A DNA stretch of 64,000 bases from Vulcanimicrobiota bacterium (GCA_963805945.1 CAWDVP010000002.1:160001-224000); one strand, 5' to 3'. Numbered from the stretch's first letter, positions 9,585-19,862 are shown. Program-made: numbers and translations. Notes: a model not told the origin generated them from the letters alone.

Positions 9585-10137
9585 GGGGATCTCTCCTTGC
9601 TGACAGCGCGCTCACCGCGCGGATCTCGTATCGAGTCGTCTCCCCGTCGGGGATGCTCTCGCACAGCACGATCTCGCTGACCGGCATGACGAACCTGCTG
9701 ACCGGGCCGATATCAGGCATGCCGGCGAGCGGCCGCCTGCATCTGCACAGCGTCACGTGAGGCTGACTGTCGTCGGGCAAGTGCGACCCGAGCGCTTCGA
9801 ACGCCTCTCGCGTCGTCTTCGCGCACTCGTCGTACCCGGGCGCAGGTTCGGCGCATCCCAGCCACAGCAGCCGCGGATGACGCTCGTCGGGGAAGCCGCT
9901 CAAGCGGTCGAGGGCGAGGGAGAACGGTGCGCAGCGCGCGGCGGCCCCCGACAGCGCATCCGCGTATGCGGCGACCCGCTCCACCGGCACCGCGCCGAGG
10001 AACGCCAGCGTGCAGTGCAGCTTCTCCGGCCGCTCGAAGCGCGCCGCGACGCCTGCGCGGATGAGCCTGTCGGCGAGCTGCCCGGCGAATGCCCGGGCCT
10101 CGTTCGAAAGGCTGATCGCCGCGAACAAACGGGCCAT
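9577..10137 (-). CDS. thpR: RNA 2',3'-cyclic phosphodiesterase (2H phosphoesterase)
   Basis: MARLFAAI start; two HxT motifs (LHCTLAFLG, PHVTLCR). Confidence 0.9.
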   Translation of the reverse strand: MARLFAAISLSNEARAFAGQLADRLIRAGVAARFERPEKLHCTLAFLGAVPVERVAAYADALSGAAARCAPFSLALDRLSGFPDERHPRLLWLGCAEPAPGYDECAKTTREAFEALGSHLPDDSQPHVTLCRCRRPLAGMPDIGPVSRFVMPVSEIVLCESIPDGETTRYEIRAVSALSARRDPHA

Positions 10138-10302
10138 CCCAAGGCCTTGCGAGAAGCCGCCGGCGAGCGCCTTCAGGCTGCTCTCACGGCGCATTAATGT
10201 GGGCGCCGGCTGTCCCGTCGTATGCTCGGAGCATAGCGGCGACGCACGTGAGAGTCGCAGTGCTTACCACCAGTCGCTGGAAACGACAGGAGCACCGCCA
10301 AC

Positions 10303-11007
10303 ATGTCGCACTCAGGAGTCACCGCGCCGCTCTCCGACCAGAGCAAGCGCAAGATCCTCGTCGTCGAAGACGACGTCCAGATCGCCAAAGTCCTCCGCCT
10401 GGAGCTCGAGCACGAGGGTTTCGACGTCGAGGTGTGCGGCGACGGCGCAAGCGCCATCGAGCGCGCGCTCAAAGGCCCCGACCTCATCATCCTCGATCTC
10501 CTCTTGCCCCGCATCGACGGCCTGGAAGTCTGCCGCCGCGTCCGGCGCCATTCGTCGGTGCCGATCATCATGCTCACCGCCAAAGATGCGGTGCCCGACC
10601 GCATCACCGGCCTCGACACCGGCGCGAACGACTACCTCTCGAAGCCGTTCTCGATCGAGGAGCTGCTCGCGCGCATCCGCGTGCAGCTGCGCGAACGCGA
10701 TCCCGGCGAGCGCACGCTGACCATCAAGGACCTCACGCTCAACCGCGACACGCACGAGGTGATCCGCGCGGGGCGCGCCATCGGCCTGACCGCCAAGGAG
10801 TTCTCGCTGCTCGAGTTCCTCATGATGTATCCCAACAAAGTGCACACGCGCGACGAGATCTTCAACAGCGTGTGGGGATCGGATTTCCTGGGCGAGTCGA
10901 ACCTCATCGACGTCTACATCCGCTACCTGCGCAATAAGGTGGACGAAGGAGCGGACGACAAGCTCATCGCGACCATCCGTGGTGTCGGCTACGCGCTCCG
11001 CACCTAG
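10303..11007 (+). CDS. OmpR-family response regulator
   Basis: ILVVEDD, LDLLLP, MLTAKD, KPF, wHTH with TIRGVGY. Confidence 0.95.
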   Translation: MSHSGVTAPLSDQSKRKILVVEDDVQIAKVLRLELEHEGFDVEVCGDGASAIERALKGPDLIILDLLLPRIDGLEVCRRVRRHSSVPIIMLTAKDAVPDRITGLDTGANDYLSKPFSIEELLARIRVQLRERDPGERTLTIKDLTLNRDTHEVIRAGRAIGLTAKEFSLLEFLMMYPNKVHTRDEIFNSVWGSDFLGESNLIDVYIRYLRNKVDEGADDKLIATIRGVGYALRT

Positions 11008-12457
11008 GGCGGACGCGCAGCCGCTCTTCTTCGAAAGCCTGCGCTGGCGACTCACCGTCTGGTATGCGCTCGCCGTCGGCGCGCTGCTGCTCGTGTTCGC
11101 GCTCGTCGTGCTGTTGGGGGCGCAGCGGGTGCTCTACCTGTCGGCGGCGGAGCGCATCGAGGCGGTGTCGAGCTCGTTGCAGTCGTACTCGCGCGCCGGC
11201 AACACGCTGTTCGGCTCGGTCTCGATCATCGAACTGCTCTCGGAGCAGGCGCAGCTCGACACGTTCGCGGGCTCCGGACTGTACATCGAAGCGTTCAATC
11301 CGGCCGGCGCCCGCATCGGCGCGAGCACGAGCCTCGCCGACGTGAATCTGCCGATCTCCGGCTATCGCCCCTGGCGTTACAAGGAGGGCAGCGGCGGCGA
11401 TTGGGGGACCGCCGAAACCGCGCTCGGGCCTGTGCTGGCGCACTGGCACGTCGTCTACGACAACGGCCGCCCGGTGGCGACGGTGTACGTCGCGCAGTCG
11501 CTCGTCGCGGTGCGCCGGGCGCTCACCGCGTTCGCCACGTTCCTGGTGCTGAGCTTCCTCGGCGCGCTCGCGTTGATCATCGCATCCGGCGTGTGGCTGG
11601 CGCGCAGCACGATCGGCCCGATCAACGAGATCTCGGGCGCGGTGGCGGACATCGGCAGCGATGACCTCACGAAGCGGCTCAATTGGGCCGACCGCCGCGA
11701 CGAGCTGGGCCGCCTCGCGGCGCGCTTCGACGACATGCTCGCACGCCTCGAGGCCGCTTTCTTGCGCGAGCGACGCTTCATCTCCGATGCGTCGCACGAG
11801 CTCAAGACGCCGCTCACCGTGATCAACGCGAACGCGCAGATGCTCGAACGCTGGGGCGACAAGGACGCCGAGGTGCGCCGCGAAGCGCTCGAGGCGATCC
11901 GCGCCGAGAGCGCGCAGATGGCGCGCGTCATCAACGCGATGCTCACCCTGGCGAAAACGGACAACAACGATGCGCTCGCGTTCGAACCGCTCAACATGCG
12001 GCCGTTGGTCGATGACGTCGCAGGATCGCTCCGCTCGCGCGCAGCCGAGAAGGGCTTGACGCTCGAGACGCAGTGCGCTGCCGATGCGTATGTGCTGGGC
12101 GAGCCGGGATTGCTGCGCCAGCTCGTGGTCAACCTGACCGAGAACGCGATCAAGTTCACCGAGCACGGCGGCGTGCGCATCTCCGTGCGCGCCGAGAACT
12201 CGCACGCGCACCTCGACGTCGCCGACACGGGACCGGGCATCCCCGCGGACGCCTTGCCGCACGTCTTCGAACGCTTCTATCGGGCGGACCCGGCGCACTC
12301 GCGCGCGGTCGAGGGCACAGGGCTGGGGCTGGCCGTCGTGAGCAGCATCGTGCGCGCTCATGGCGGCGAGATCAAAGTGAAAAGCGCTGTCGGGGAGGGG
12401 ACGACTGTCTCGGTCATCTTGCCGGCGCTCGCGCTCGCCGACGAGGGCGAGCCGTGA
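10979..12457 (+). CDS. Membrane sensor histidine kinase (HAMP-HisKA-HATPase)
   Basis: Two TM segments, DELGRLA HAMP, DASHELKTPL, NLTENAIKF, DTGPGI, GTGLGL. Start uncertain. Confidence 0.93.
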   Translation: MVSATRSAPRADAQPLFFESLRWRLTVWYALAVGALLLVFALVVLLGAQRVLYLSAAERIEAVSSSLQSYSRAGNTLFGSVSIIELLSEQAQLDTFAGSGLYIEAFNPAGARIGASTSLADVNLPISGYRPWRYKEGSGGDWGTAETALGPVLAHWHVVYDNGRPVATVYVAQSLVAVRRALTAFATFLVLSFLGALALIIASGVWLARSTIGPINEISGAVADIGSDDLTKRLNWADRRDELGRLAARFDDMLARLEAAFLRERRFISDASHELKTPLTVINANAQMLERWGDKDAEVRREALEAIRAESAQMARVINAMLTLAKTDNNDALAFEPLNMRPLVDDVAGSLRSRAAEKGLTLETQCAADAYVLGEPGLLRQLVVNLTENAIKFTEHGGVRISVRAENSHAHLDVADTGPGIPADALPHVFERFYRADPAHSRAVEGTGLGLAVVSSIVRAHGGEIKVKSAVGEGTTVSVILPALALADEGEP

Positions 12458-12573
12458 TGCACCGCACTGGTCTCATCCGGCGCTCACGTCCGGTTCACCA
12501 CGGCCTCATGCGGTGGGTGCCGCTGCGCGGTACCGTGAGGGTGGATGGGCGCGCCCGCGGCCCGTCGACCATC

Positions 12574-13500
12574 ATGAAACGCATCAATCTTCTCGCGCTG
12601 GCGCTGGCCGCCGCGGCGGCCCCGCTCTGCATCGTGCTTTCGGCCAAGGCCGATCTCGCGCAGCAGACCGGCGGTCCGCCCGTGGTGACCATCCGCTCGC
12701 AAGGCGGCCAGATCACCGTCCGCTCCGGCGAGCCGGACGGGATCGTGCGCGTGCCCGGCAATGCGCCGGGCGTGCAGATGTCGCATTTCAACGTGAGCGC
12801 GCAAGAGATCCGCATGGTTTTCCCGGGGGAGCGCGGCCAGGCCGGCGGGAACCGCGGCGGCCGGCGTCCGTATTCGTTCCCCGCTCGGCCATTCAACGTG
12901 CCGAACCTGAACGAAGGCCCGCACGGCGTCGCGATCGTGAACCCCGGCAACGACCTCACTGTCGGCGTGCCGAACAAGACCGAGGCGATGTTCATCAACG
13001 CCGGCCCGAGTCCGGTGACGATGGAGCAGACCCACGGACCGTTCGTCATCTTCGGCCAGGGCGACATCGCGCTGCATGGCGTCCAGGGGCGCGGCTGGGT
13101 GCGCACTCCGGCCGGCAATATGGACATCCGCGATCCGTCGGGCGCGCTGCGTCTCGAGACGGCGACGGGCCGCATCGCGATGCAGTCAGGCGCCGCGCTG
13201 GACCGCGCCGAGATCTACTCGCAGAACGGCGACGTCGAGTGGACGATCAACGGCGCCGGCAGCGGTCCGTATCGCATCATCGCCGGCAGCGGGATCGTGA
13301 GGCTGTTCGTGCGGCCGGGCATCGGCGTCAACATCGACGCGAGCAGCGACACGGGCACGGTGGTGAACAACCTCGGTCCCGGCATCGCGGATGTCAGCCT
13401 CGCGCGACCGCATGCGCTTTCGCTGACGATGGGCGGCGGCGGCGCGGAGATCACGGTGCACAGCGTCGGCGCCACCGTCATCATCGCTCCGTCTCCATAG
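12574..13500 (+). CDS. Secreted protein with beta-strand repeats (DUF4097-like)
   Basis: Signal peptide MKRINLLALALAAAAAP; repeated TxxGxI/V motifs in the C-terminal half. Confidence 0.6.
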   Translation: MKRINLLALALAAAAAPLCIVLSAKADLAQQTGGPPVVTIRSQGGQITVRSGEPDGIVRVPGNAPGVQMSHFNVSAQEIRMVFPGERGQAGGNRGGRRPYSFPARPFNVPNLNEGPHGVAIVNPGNDLTVGVPNKTEAMFINAGPSPVTMEQTHGPFVIFGQGDIALHGVQGRGWVRTPAGNMDIRDPSGALRLETATGRIAMQSGAALDRAEIYSQNGDVEWTINGAGSGPYRIIAGSGIVRLFVRPGIGVNIDASSDTGTVVNNLGPGIADVSLARPHALSLTMGGGGAEITVHSVGATVIIAPSP

Positions 13501-13541
13501 CGACCGCGGGAACAACGCGCCGCGCCACGAATACCGGGCGC

Positions 13542-14840
13542 GTGCTTCGCATCTTCGGAGGTCTTCTCGTCGCCGCACTGCTGTGCGTGATGCTCTTCAC
13601 CGACAGATCACCCACGGCCGCCGATGTCATGCCGACGTTCGCGCCGGAGCTCACAGCGGCGCCCTCGCCGTCTCCCACCATCACCCCGCTCCCACCGCCC
13701 ATCTCGCGACCCGACGATGCGCACGGCATCCCGCAGACGACTGCGCCGTACCGCGCTCCCGCGCCGTTCTCGTCACCGGTGCTGCCCGATTCGCTGTGGC
13801 TGTCCACCGCGCCGCTCTTCACCGTGCCGTGCACGCTGCACGCGCAGCGCGTCTACGTGCCCGTCGTCGTGAACGGCAGGCCCGAGACGTTCTTGCTCGA
13901 TTCGGGCGTGCCGTTCTCGACCATCGACCCTGCCGTCGCGCCGACGCAAGACGTACCGATCAAACTGCGCACGCTGCAGATCGGCGAGGTGCGCTTCAAC
14001 GCGCTCACCGCCGGCGTCGCGAAAGTCGAGGCGCGTGCGCGGACGTACTACGGCGCGCCGATAGACGGCGTGCTGGGCCAGGAGCTGTTCTCGCGCTATC
14101 CGGTGAAGATCGACTACCGCAATTGCGCGGTGACGATCTACCGCGACAGCACGACCGCGCTCGCGGAGGCCGGCGACAGCATGCGCCAGGTCCCGCTGCG
14201 TATGATCAACGGCGTGCCGACCGTCTCCTCGTCGCTGCTCGGCGAGCCGGTGACGCTCGACGTCGACACCGGCTCAGACGCGGAGGTGGATGCGACGCAG
14301 GCCTTCGCGAGCGCGCACGCGCTCGTGCCGGTGCCCAACTCGGTGCCCGAGCTGCGGCGCGTCCTGCCCGGCGCTGAGCTGCGCGGCGAGACGCTGCGTG
14401 CCGCGGACTTCTCGGTCGGCAGCGTCATCGTCGAGGGGCCGCTGGTCGGCGTCGTCGCGGGCGAGGCGCCTTTCGACAACGTCGACGGCGACATCGGCGG
14501 CGGCCTGCTCGCGCAGACCACCGTGCTCTTCGACGAGACAGGCGGCGAACTGCTGCTCGCGCCGGCCAGGGTCGCGAGGCCTGCGTACGACCGCAGCGGA
14601 GCCTGGCTGATCCTGCGGCCCAACGGCGTCGTCATCAAGAGCGTCCTGCCGTACTCGCCCGCCGAGCGCGCGGATCTGCGCCAGGGCGATCGCATCCTCG
14701 CCATCGGCGGCTCCGCCAACCCGGACCTGGAAGCCGCGCGCACGCTGCTCGCCGGAACGCCCGGCACGACGCTGACGGTCAAGTACGAACGCAACGGCGC
14801 GGTGCACGCGGCGCCGGTGACGCTGCGGACGCTGCTCTAG
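13542..14840 (+). CDS. Secreted or membrane-anchored aspartyl protease (two retropepsin-like domains plus PDZ)
   Basis: N-terminal TM, Pro-rich linker, FLLDSG...DGVLG, LDVDTGS...DGDIG, PDZ (SPAERADLRQGDRILAI). Confidence 0.82.
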   Translation: MLRIFGGLLVAALLCVMLFTDRSPTAADVMPTFAPELTAAPSPSPTITPLPPPISRPDDAHGIPQTTAPYRAPAPFSSPVLPDSLWLSTAPLFTVPCTLHAQRVYVPVVVNGRPETFLLDSGVPFSTIDPAVAPTQDVPIKLRTLQIGEVRFNALTAGVAKVEARARTYYGAPIDGVLGQELFSRYPVKIDYRNCAVTIYRDSTTALAEAGDSMRQVPLRMINGVPTVSSSLLGEPVTLDVDTGSDAEVDATQAFASAHALVPVPNSVPELRRVLPGAELRGETLRAADFSVGSVIVEGPLVGVVAGEAPFDNVDGDIGGGLLAQTTVLFDETGGELLLAPARVARPAYDRSGAWLILRPNGVVIKSVLPYSPAERADLRQGDRILAIGGSANPDLEAARTLLAGTPGTTLTVKYERNGAVHAAPVTLRTLL

Positions 14841-15590
14841 ATGATGCGCATCCGCGATCTTTCGCACATCCGTATCGATCGCGTCGAGTTCCCGAGCGCC
14901 GGCGGCACGGTGCGGGGGCTGTTCTATCATTCGGAGCGGCCGGCGACGTGCGTCGTGTTGTGCCACGGCTATTCAGCCGGGAAACACAACGTCGATCCGC
15001 TCGCCTACCACCTCGCGGCGGAGGGTTACATCGCGCTTGCGTTCGACTTCCTCGGGCACAAGCTCGGCGCCAGCTCGTCACCGCTCGCGCGCGCGGACGA
15101 TCTGCTGTCGAACGCGCTCGACGCGATCGCTTTCGCACGGGAGCAGCCCGGCGTGGGCCGCGTCGTCATCGGCGGTCATAGCATGGGCGCGGCCACCGCG
15201 ATAGGCGCGGCGGTGAGCGCGCCGGACGTCAACGGCGTCATCGCGATGTGCACCGCGCTAGGGCGCGGGCGCCTGCTCGAGGGTACGGGGCTGCTCAACG
15301 GGCTGGTGAATCGGACGGCGTATGTGGACGGCGCCCCGCCGCAGGAGATCACCGCCGTCATGGACGGCTTCACCGCGCGGATCGGCCAGATCGCGCCTCG
15401 GCCGTTGCTCGTGATCGCGGCAGCGAAAGACGCGCTGGTGGCGCCGTCCGCCGTCCGCCAGCTCTTCGATGAAGCAGGCGAACCCAAGACCTACGAGCTG
15501 GTCGATGCGACGCATACCGATTGCGCGGAGCGTTCCCGCTTCGTCGTGCTTAGATGGCTCAAGGCATCGGGTTTCGAATACGCGCACTAG
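14841..15590 (+). CDS. Alpha/beta hydrolase
   Basis: VVLCHG, FDFLGH, nucleophile elbow GHSMG, DALV...H. Confidence 0.88.
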   Translation: MMRIRDLSHIRIDRVEFPSAGGTVRGLFYHSERPATCVVLCHGYSAGKHNVDPLAYHLAAEGYIALAFDFLGHKLGASSSPLARADDLLSNALDAIAFAREQPGVGRVVIGGHSMGAATAIGAAVSAPDVNGVIAMCTALGRGRLLEGTGLLNGLVNRTAYVDGAPPQEITAVMDGFTARIGQIAPRPLLVIAAAKDALVAPSAVRQLFDEAGEPKTYELVDATHTDCAERSRFVVLRWLKASGFEYAH

Positions 15591-15592
15591 TC

Positions 15593-15619
15593 TGTAGGGG
15601 CCGAACTTTAGTTCGGCTC
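15593..15619 (+). repeat. REP-like palindrome, family B (TGTAG-GGGCCGAAC-TTTA-GTTCGGCTC)
   Basis: GTAG foot plus hairpin; similar copies at 48476, 48524 (inverted) and 53063. Confidence 0.8.
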
Positions 15620-15634
15620 GTGGGGGGAGACGGC

Positions 15635-16357
15635 ATGAAGAGGTCCACCGTAATCGCGATCGCCGCGTCATGTTGTGTCGTCGCAGTCGCACTGGCGCAG
15701 CCGAACGGCTCGTCGCGCGCCGCGACGAACGCGGCTCAGCCGACGCCCGTCGTGTCGGTGACCACGCTGCCCGCGCTGCCGTCGCCTGGCGCGCCGACCG
15801 CGCATCCGGTCACGCCGCCGTCCGCCGCGGCGACCAACCCGCTCCCGTCCAGCATGAGCGCATCGCCGTTCGGATCCCCGCACGCGACGCCGACCGCGCC
15901 GCCAGCGACCATCGCGCCGCCGCCGCCGGGCACGCTCATCACGATCACCGGCGCGGTCACGCATCCGCTGACCATCTCGCTCGATCAATTGCGCGACATG
16001 CACAAGACGAGCATCACCATGCGCGTCATCGACGCGGACGGCAAGCATCGCTTCCACACCTTTGCAGGCACGCCGTTGAAGGCGGTGCTCAATCTCGCGG
16101 TGCCGTCGAATCCGGGCGGCGCGGACACGTCGGTCAACGCCTACGCCTTGATCACCGGTCTCTCCGGCGGACCTGCGATCGTGGCGTTCCCCGAATTCGA
16201 GAACGATTTCGCGAACAAGACGGTGCTGCTCGCGTACCAGGTGAACGGCAAGCCAGTCAAGATCGGGTCGGTGATGCTGGTGGTAGATGGCGATGCCACC
16301 GTCGGACGCTTCGTCCAAGGCGTCACCAGCATCCAGATCATCGTCGGCGGACCGTAG
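15635..16357 (+). CDS. Secreted Pro/Thr-rich protein with a molybdopterin-oxidoreductase-like C-terminal domain
   Basis: Signal peptide, long P/T/A linker, ITITGAVTHPLTISLDQL...FAGTPLKAVL...VLLAYQVNGKP. Confidence 0.6.
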   Translation: MKRSTVIAIAASCCVVAVALAQPNGSSRAATNAAQPTPVVSVTTLPALPSPGAPTAHPVTPPSAAATNPLPSSMSASPFGSPHATPTAPPATIAPPPPGTLITITGAVTHPLTISLDQLRDMHKTSITMRVIDADGKHRFHTFAGTPLKAVLNLAVPSNPGGADTSVNAYALITGLSGGPAIVAFPEFENDFANKTVLLAYQVNGKPVKIGSVMLVVDGDATVGRFVQGVTSIQIIVGGP

Positions 16358-16397
16358 TCGCAATCGCGGGGCGCTGCGGCGCAGCGCGGCCGCGGGA

Positions 16398-16427
16398 TTG
16401 CGGCTCGGGGGCGCCGTATGATATGCT
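16398..16427 (+). promoter_or_regulatory. Putative sigma70 promoter for tRNA-Ala
   Basis: TTGCGG-N18-TATGCT with an extended TG, 13 nt upstream of the tRNA. Confidence 0.5.
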
Positions 16428-16440
16428 ACCGCGGGCCCGT

Positions 16441-16513
16441 GGGGATGTAGCTCAGCTGGTAGAGCACTTGCTTCGCATGTAAGGGGTCAGGGGTTCGAGT
16501 CCCCTCATCTCCA
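16441..16513 (+). tRNA. tRNA-Ala (anticodon CGC); CCA end not encoded
   Basis: GGGGATG/CATCTCC acceptor stem with G3:U70, D-arm AGCTCAGCTGGTAGAGC, anticodon arm CTTGC-TTCGCAT-GTAAG, T-arm GGTTCGAGTCC, discriminator A. Confidence 0.96.
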
Positions 16514-16550
16514 AGGCTTTCCGCGGATTCGCAGCGGGCTACGCCCTTTT

Positions 16551-17480
16551 GTGATGTTGATAAGAAATGGCCTCGCCCTTGCCTGTGGTCTGCTCGCAGC
16601 AACCGCGCTTGCCGCATGCACAACGAGGTCCATACCAAGACACATGTCCACCAACCCCCCAGGGCCGTCCTCGGATCAGACGGTGAACAACATACGCCAA
16701 CGCTTCATACCAGAATTTGACGCCATTGCGATACGGTTCCGCGCAAGAATGATCGCTAGCTTGACGCCTGCGCATCGTGCGGCCGTCGGCGATGCCATCG
16801 GGCGATACGCGATCGCGGACACGCAAGACAAGAAAGCGCTGACCAACGATATCGACCGGATCCTCTCGGCAACCGAGCGCGAGCACGTCGTCGCTGCACT
16901 ATCGGCTTACGTAGCTGAGACATATGGTTTGTTCGCAAAGATGTTGGCTGAGGTCGCCCGCGAATCTCCTGAAAGCGTAAGGATGAACCCAAACCAACAA
17001 TCACCAGTTTCAAGCCTTCCTGGCTCCTCCGATGCCGGTAGCATCGTCGCGAGCTGGCTCCCGACGGCGGGACTTATGCCGAATTGGCTCGCGCTTGGCC
17101 CGCAGCTGCTATTAAAGCCATCCTCCCTGTCAGTCATCGAATTCGGCAGGCCGCAGATTCGCGCGCACCTGCGAGAGTCAATGTTTGGCGCTTTGACACC
17201 GGTTCACCGCGAGGCGGCCGGCCGGGTTCTTGGTCAATCCGCTGTTTCGTCCACTCGGGATGACGCAATACTGTCGAAGCAGCTCGACGACGTGCTCACG
17301 GCTCCCGAGAAACAGCACATCCTCGAATCGTTTGCGACGTTCGTTTCCGAACAGCACGAAGCGGGGCTAGTTTTCCCAGCCGCAGCACGCGGCGGTTTAC
17401 CGACGCCAAATGCAGGGGCAGTCCTATGGCAAGCCCTTTTGCTTGAACAGGCGGGGCCTATGGGTTTCGTGACACAGTAA
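16551..17480 (+). CDS. Hypothetical lipoprotein with an internal duplicated helical domain
   Basis: Lipobox LAAC; two copies of LTPxHR...D.(I/V)L(S/T)..E..H; visibly lower GC than the flanks. Confidence 0.7.
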   Translation: MMLIRNGLALACGLLAATALAACTTRSIPRHMSTNPPGPSSDQTVNNIRQRFIPEFDAIAIRFRARMIASLTPAHRAAVGDAIGRYAIADTQDKKALTNDIDRILSATEREHVVAALSAYVAETYGLFAKMLAEVARESPESVRMNPNQQSPVSSLPGSSDAGSIVASWLPTAGLMPNWLALGPQLLLKPSSLSVIEFGRPQIRAHLRESMFGALTPVHREAAGRVLGQSAVSSTRDDAILSKQLDDVLTAPEKQHILESFATFVSEQHEAGLVFPAAARGGLPTPNAGAVLWQALLLEQAGPMGFVTQ

Positions 17481-17703
17481 CAGCGGCGTGCGCGCTCGCG
17501 GAGATGCCTAGACAGAGCATGACTGCGAAGCCGACCGCAGCCTTGGTTTCGGTTGACATCTGTCCACATGGACACCACACACGCGCCACCCGTTCGCCCG
17601 CCTCTCTCGCGGCGCGGCCCGAGCGGCGTAGGATTCTGCCTTCCCCTCCAAAATAGGGACCGCACGGTCTTCAACCATTCCTCACCGAAGAAGGTAGGTT
17701 TCC

Positions 17704-17859
17704 GTGGGCAACTTGCTTTGGACGATCATCGTGATCTTGTTCGTCTTATGGCTCTTGGGTTTTCTTCTGCATGTCGGCGGAGGTTTGATCCATCTCCTGT
17801 TGGTGATCGCCGTCATCGTCCTCATCGTCAACCTGGTCACTGGACGGCGAACCGGATAA
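17704..17859 (+). CDS. 51-aa lmo0937/DUF5670-family small membrane protein
   Basis: Manual translation from GTG: MGNLLWTIIVILFVLWLLGFLLHVGGGLIHLLLVIAVIVLIVNLVTGRRTG; AAGGTAGG RBS. Below the ORF-track cutoff. Confidence 0.85.
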   Translation: MGNLLWTIIVILFVLWLLGFLLHVGGGLIHLLLVIAVIVLIVNLVTGRRTG

Positions 17860-17903
17860 CGAAAATCGGGTCGGGCTCGTTCATGCCGCGACATCCGGCG
17901 GCG

Positions 17904-18548
17904 ATGCGCGACGTTCGCCGCCGCGTAGGCATCGCGCTGTTGTGGCTCGCGATGATCGTGCAGCCAGCGGCGGTCCACGCACGGACTTTGCCGCCGGCGT
18001 GGGTCGCGTTCACGAACACGTGGGCCGGTATCAAGGGATATACCGCAAGGGACACCGTCTATGAGCGAAAAGGCGCCGTCGTTCAAGACGTCGTCTTCGA
18101 CTACTCGTTCCGCAAGCCGTCCAGTGCGACCATGAGCGTGATCCGCGGTCCCAATGCGGGCGTGACGCTGGTGTGGGGCGGCGGCAGCACGGTGGTGGCC
18201 CACAAGGGATCGGGTCTTAGCGCGATGTTCAAGCGGACGTTCCCGCTGCACGATCCCCAGGTGACCACGATCCGCGGGTCGTCGATCGATCAGTTGAGCT
18301 TCAGCGCGATCCTCGCTCACGGGCTGCAAACAGCGGGACCTATCACACAGAGCGGCGGACCGACGATCAACGGTGCTGGCACGGACGCGGTGACGTTGAT
18401 CCCCGCGAAATCGGCCAACGACACCGGCTTGACGCGTGAAGTCGTCCAGATCTCGAGGACCACCCACTTGCCGGTGGTAGTGCTCGGCTTCGTCGGCACG
18501 ACGCTCGTACGCACGGTCGACTTTTCGAACGTCCAGCTCGAACAGTAG
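17904..18548 (+). CDS. Secreted protein, possibly LolA-like fold
   Basis: Signal peptide ending VHA; YSFRKP, alternating beta pattern, C-terminal TVDFSNVQL. Confidence 0.55.
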   Translation: MRDVRRRVGIALLWLAMIVQPAAVHARTLPPAWVAFTNTWAGIKGYTARDTVYERKGAVVQDVVFDYSFRKPSSATMSVIRGPNAGVTLVWGGGSTVVAHKGSGLSAMFKRTFPLHDPQVTTIRGSSIDQLSFSAILAHGLQTAGPITQSGGPTINGAGTDAVTLIPAKSANDTGLTREVVQISRTTHLPVVVLGFVGTTLVRTVDFSNVQLEQ

Positions 18549-18641
18549 GCATCAGCCGACGGGGGCTGTTCCCGGCCAGGCCGAAGAATCCGTGATTCCC
18601 GCGACAGGGCGGCACGAGCGCGTTCTTACGAGGTTAGCCAT

Positions 18642-19073
18642 ATGATCTTCCGACCAACTCTCTTCTTGGGCTCGCTGTTGGTCGCGAGCATGCTCGCGCT
18701 TATGCGCTGCGGCGGCAACTCGGCTCCGCTGTGCAACACCGGCACCGTCGTGCAACTCGCAAGCCCGACGCAGGGTCAAAGCGGCGTTTCGACCTCGGTC
18801 GGTCGAGTCACCATCGTCGCGAGCGGCAACTCTAACGTCCTCTATAGCACCTACAACCAATGGAACATCACGCTCGTCGATAATACCGGTCAAACCTGGA
18901 CCGGCGCAAGCCTCGGGCTGGTGGCCGATCCGGGCGGACCGCACCCATATCCTTCAGATTTCTTCTATGGATCGACGATCCCGAACCTGAGCAGCGGGCG
19001 GTCGTACACGGCGTCTCTTGCTGAACCAAGCGGCGCGTGTCAGCCGGTTTCGCTCGGCTCTTTTTCGACGTAG
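18642..19073 (+). CDS. Hypothetical secreted protein or lipoprotein
   Basis: Hydrophobic N-terminus followed by CGG; paired Cys; GAGG RBS. Confidence 0.65.
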   Translation: MIFRPTLFLGSLLVASMLALMRCGGNSAPLCNTGTVVQLASPTQGQSGVSTSVGRVTIVASGNSNVLYSTYNQWNITLVDNTGQTWTGASLGLVADPGGPHPYPSDFFYGSTIPNLSSGRSYTASLAEPSGACQPVSLGSFST

Positions 19074-19094
19074 GACTAAGAGCGGAGCGATCGG

Positions 19095-19862
19095 ATGAAC
19101 TGGCGCAGGATCTGTAGCGGCGCGACGTCGTGCGCAGCGCTGCTCGCGGCCATGACACTTCACGCGGACGCTGATGCGACAGGCGGAGCTGCGCCCGCGC
19201 TCGTGCTGCGGGCCGCCGCCGTCTACACGGCCAACGTGCGGGGTATCGTCGGCATGCAGCGCCACTTCTCCACGGTCCTCCACGCCGGACCGGTCCATCA
19301 TACCGAAGAGAGCGACAGCGGGATCCTGCTCACCGACGGGGCATTTGTGTCCGCCAAATATTATAGGATCACCGACGATGGGAAGGCGTTCAGCGCACAG
19401 CAGATCACGCAGCGCGACGCGCAGACGAATCAGGACTGGACAGTGGGGAAGATCTTCTTCAAGGAGCCCTACGACCCACGCTTCATGAGCGAGTATACGT
19501 TCGATCCGCCGCAGGCCTGCGCGGCCTGCCCTCCGGGCACCGTTGCCGTCAACTTCGGAAGCAGCGTCAAAGACACGCAACACGGCAGCGGCACCATGTG
19601 GATCGAGCAGGCGACCGGTCGTGTCGATAGGCTGACCTATATCCCGAACGTGCTTCCCTCGCACGCCACGTTCGGCACGGTGACGGAGACGAGCGGAAAT
19701 GCGATGCCCAACGTATGGTACGTCACTCGCATCGACGGCTCGTATCGAGGCAGGGCCTTTGTGCTGAGCGGAACCGGCACGTTCACGGGCGTGTTCGACC
19801 ACTTCCAGCCCTTTTCGTCGGTGACGCAGGGTCAGGCCGCGCTTCAGGCCGGTACGATTTGA
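19095..19862 (+). CDS. Hypothetical secreted protein
   Basis: Signal peptide; GGAG RBS; GTMWIEQATGRV beta-rich region. Confidence 0.7.
   Translation: MNWRRICSGATSCAALLAAMTLHADADATGGAAPALVLRAAAVYTANVRGIVGMQRHFSTVLHAGPVHHTEESDSGILLTDGAFVSAKYYRITDDGKAFSAQQITQRDAQTNQDWTVGKIFFKEPYDPRFMSEYTFDPPQACAACPPGTVAVNFGSSVKDTQHGSGTMWIEQATGRVDRLTYIPNVLPSHATFGTVTETSGNAMPNVWYVTRIDGSYRGRAFVLSGTGTFTGVFDHFQPFSSVTQGQAALQAGTI

Noticed and set aside
16490..16513. Integrative element at tRNA-Ala
   Set aside because: There is no integrase and I saw no second copy of the tRNA 3' end in the window.
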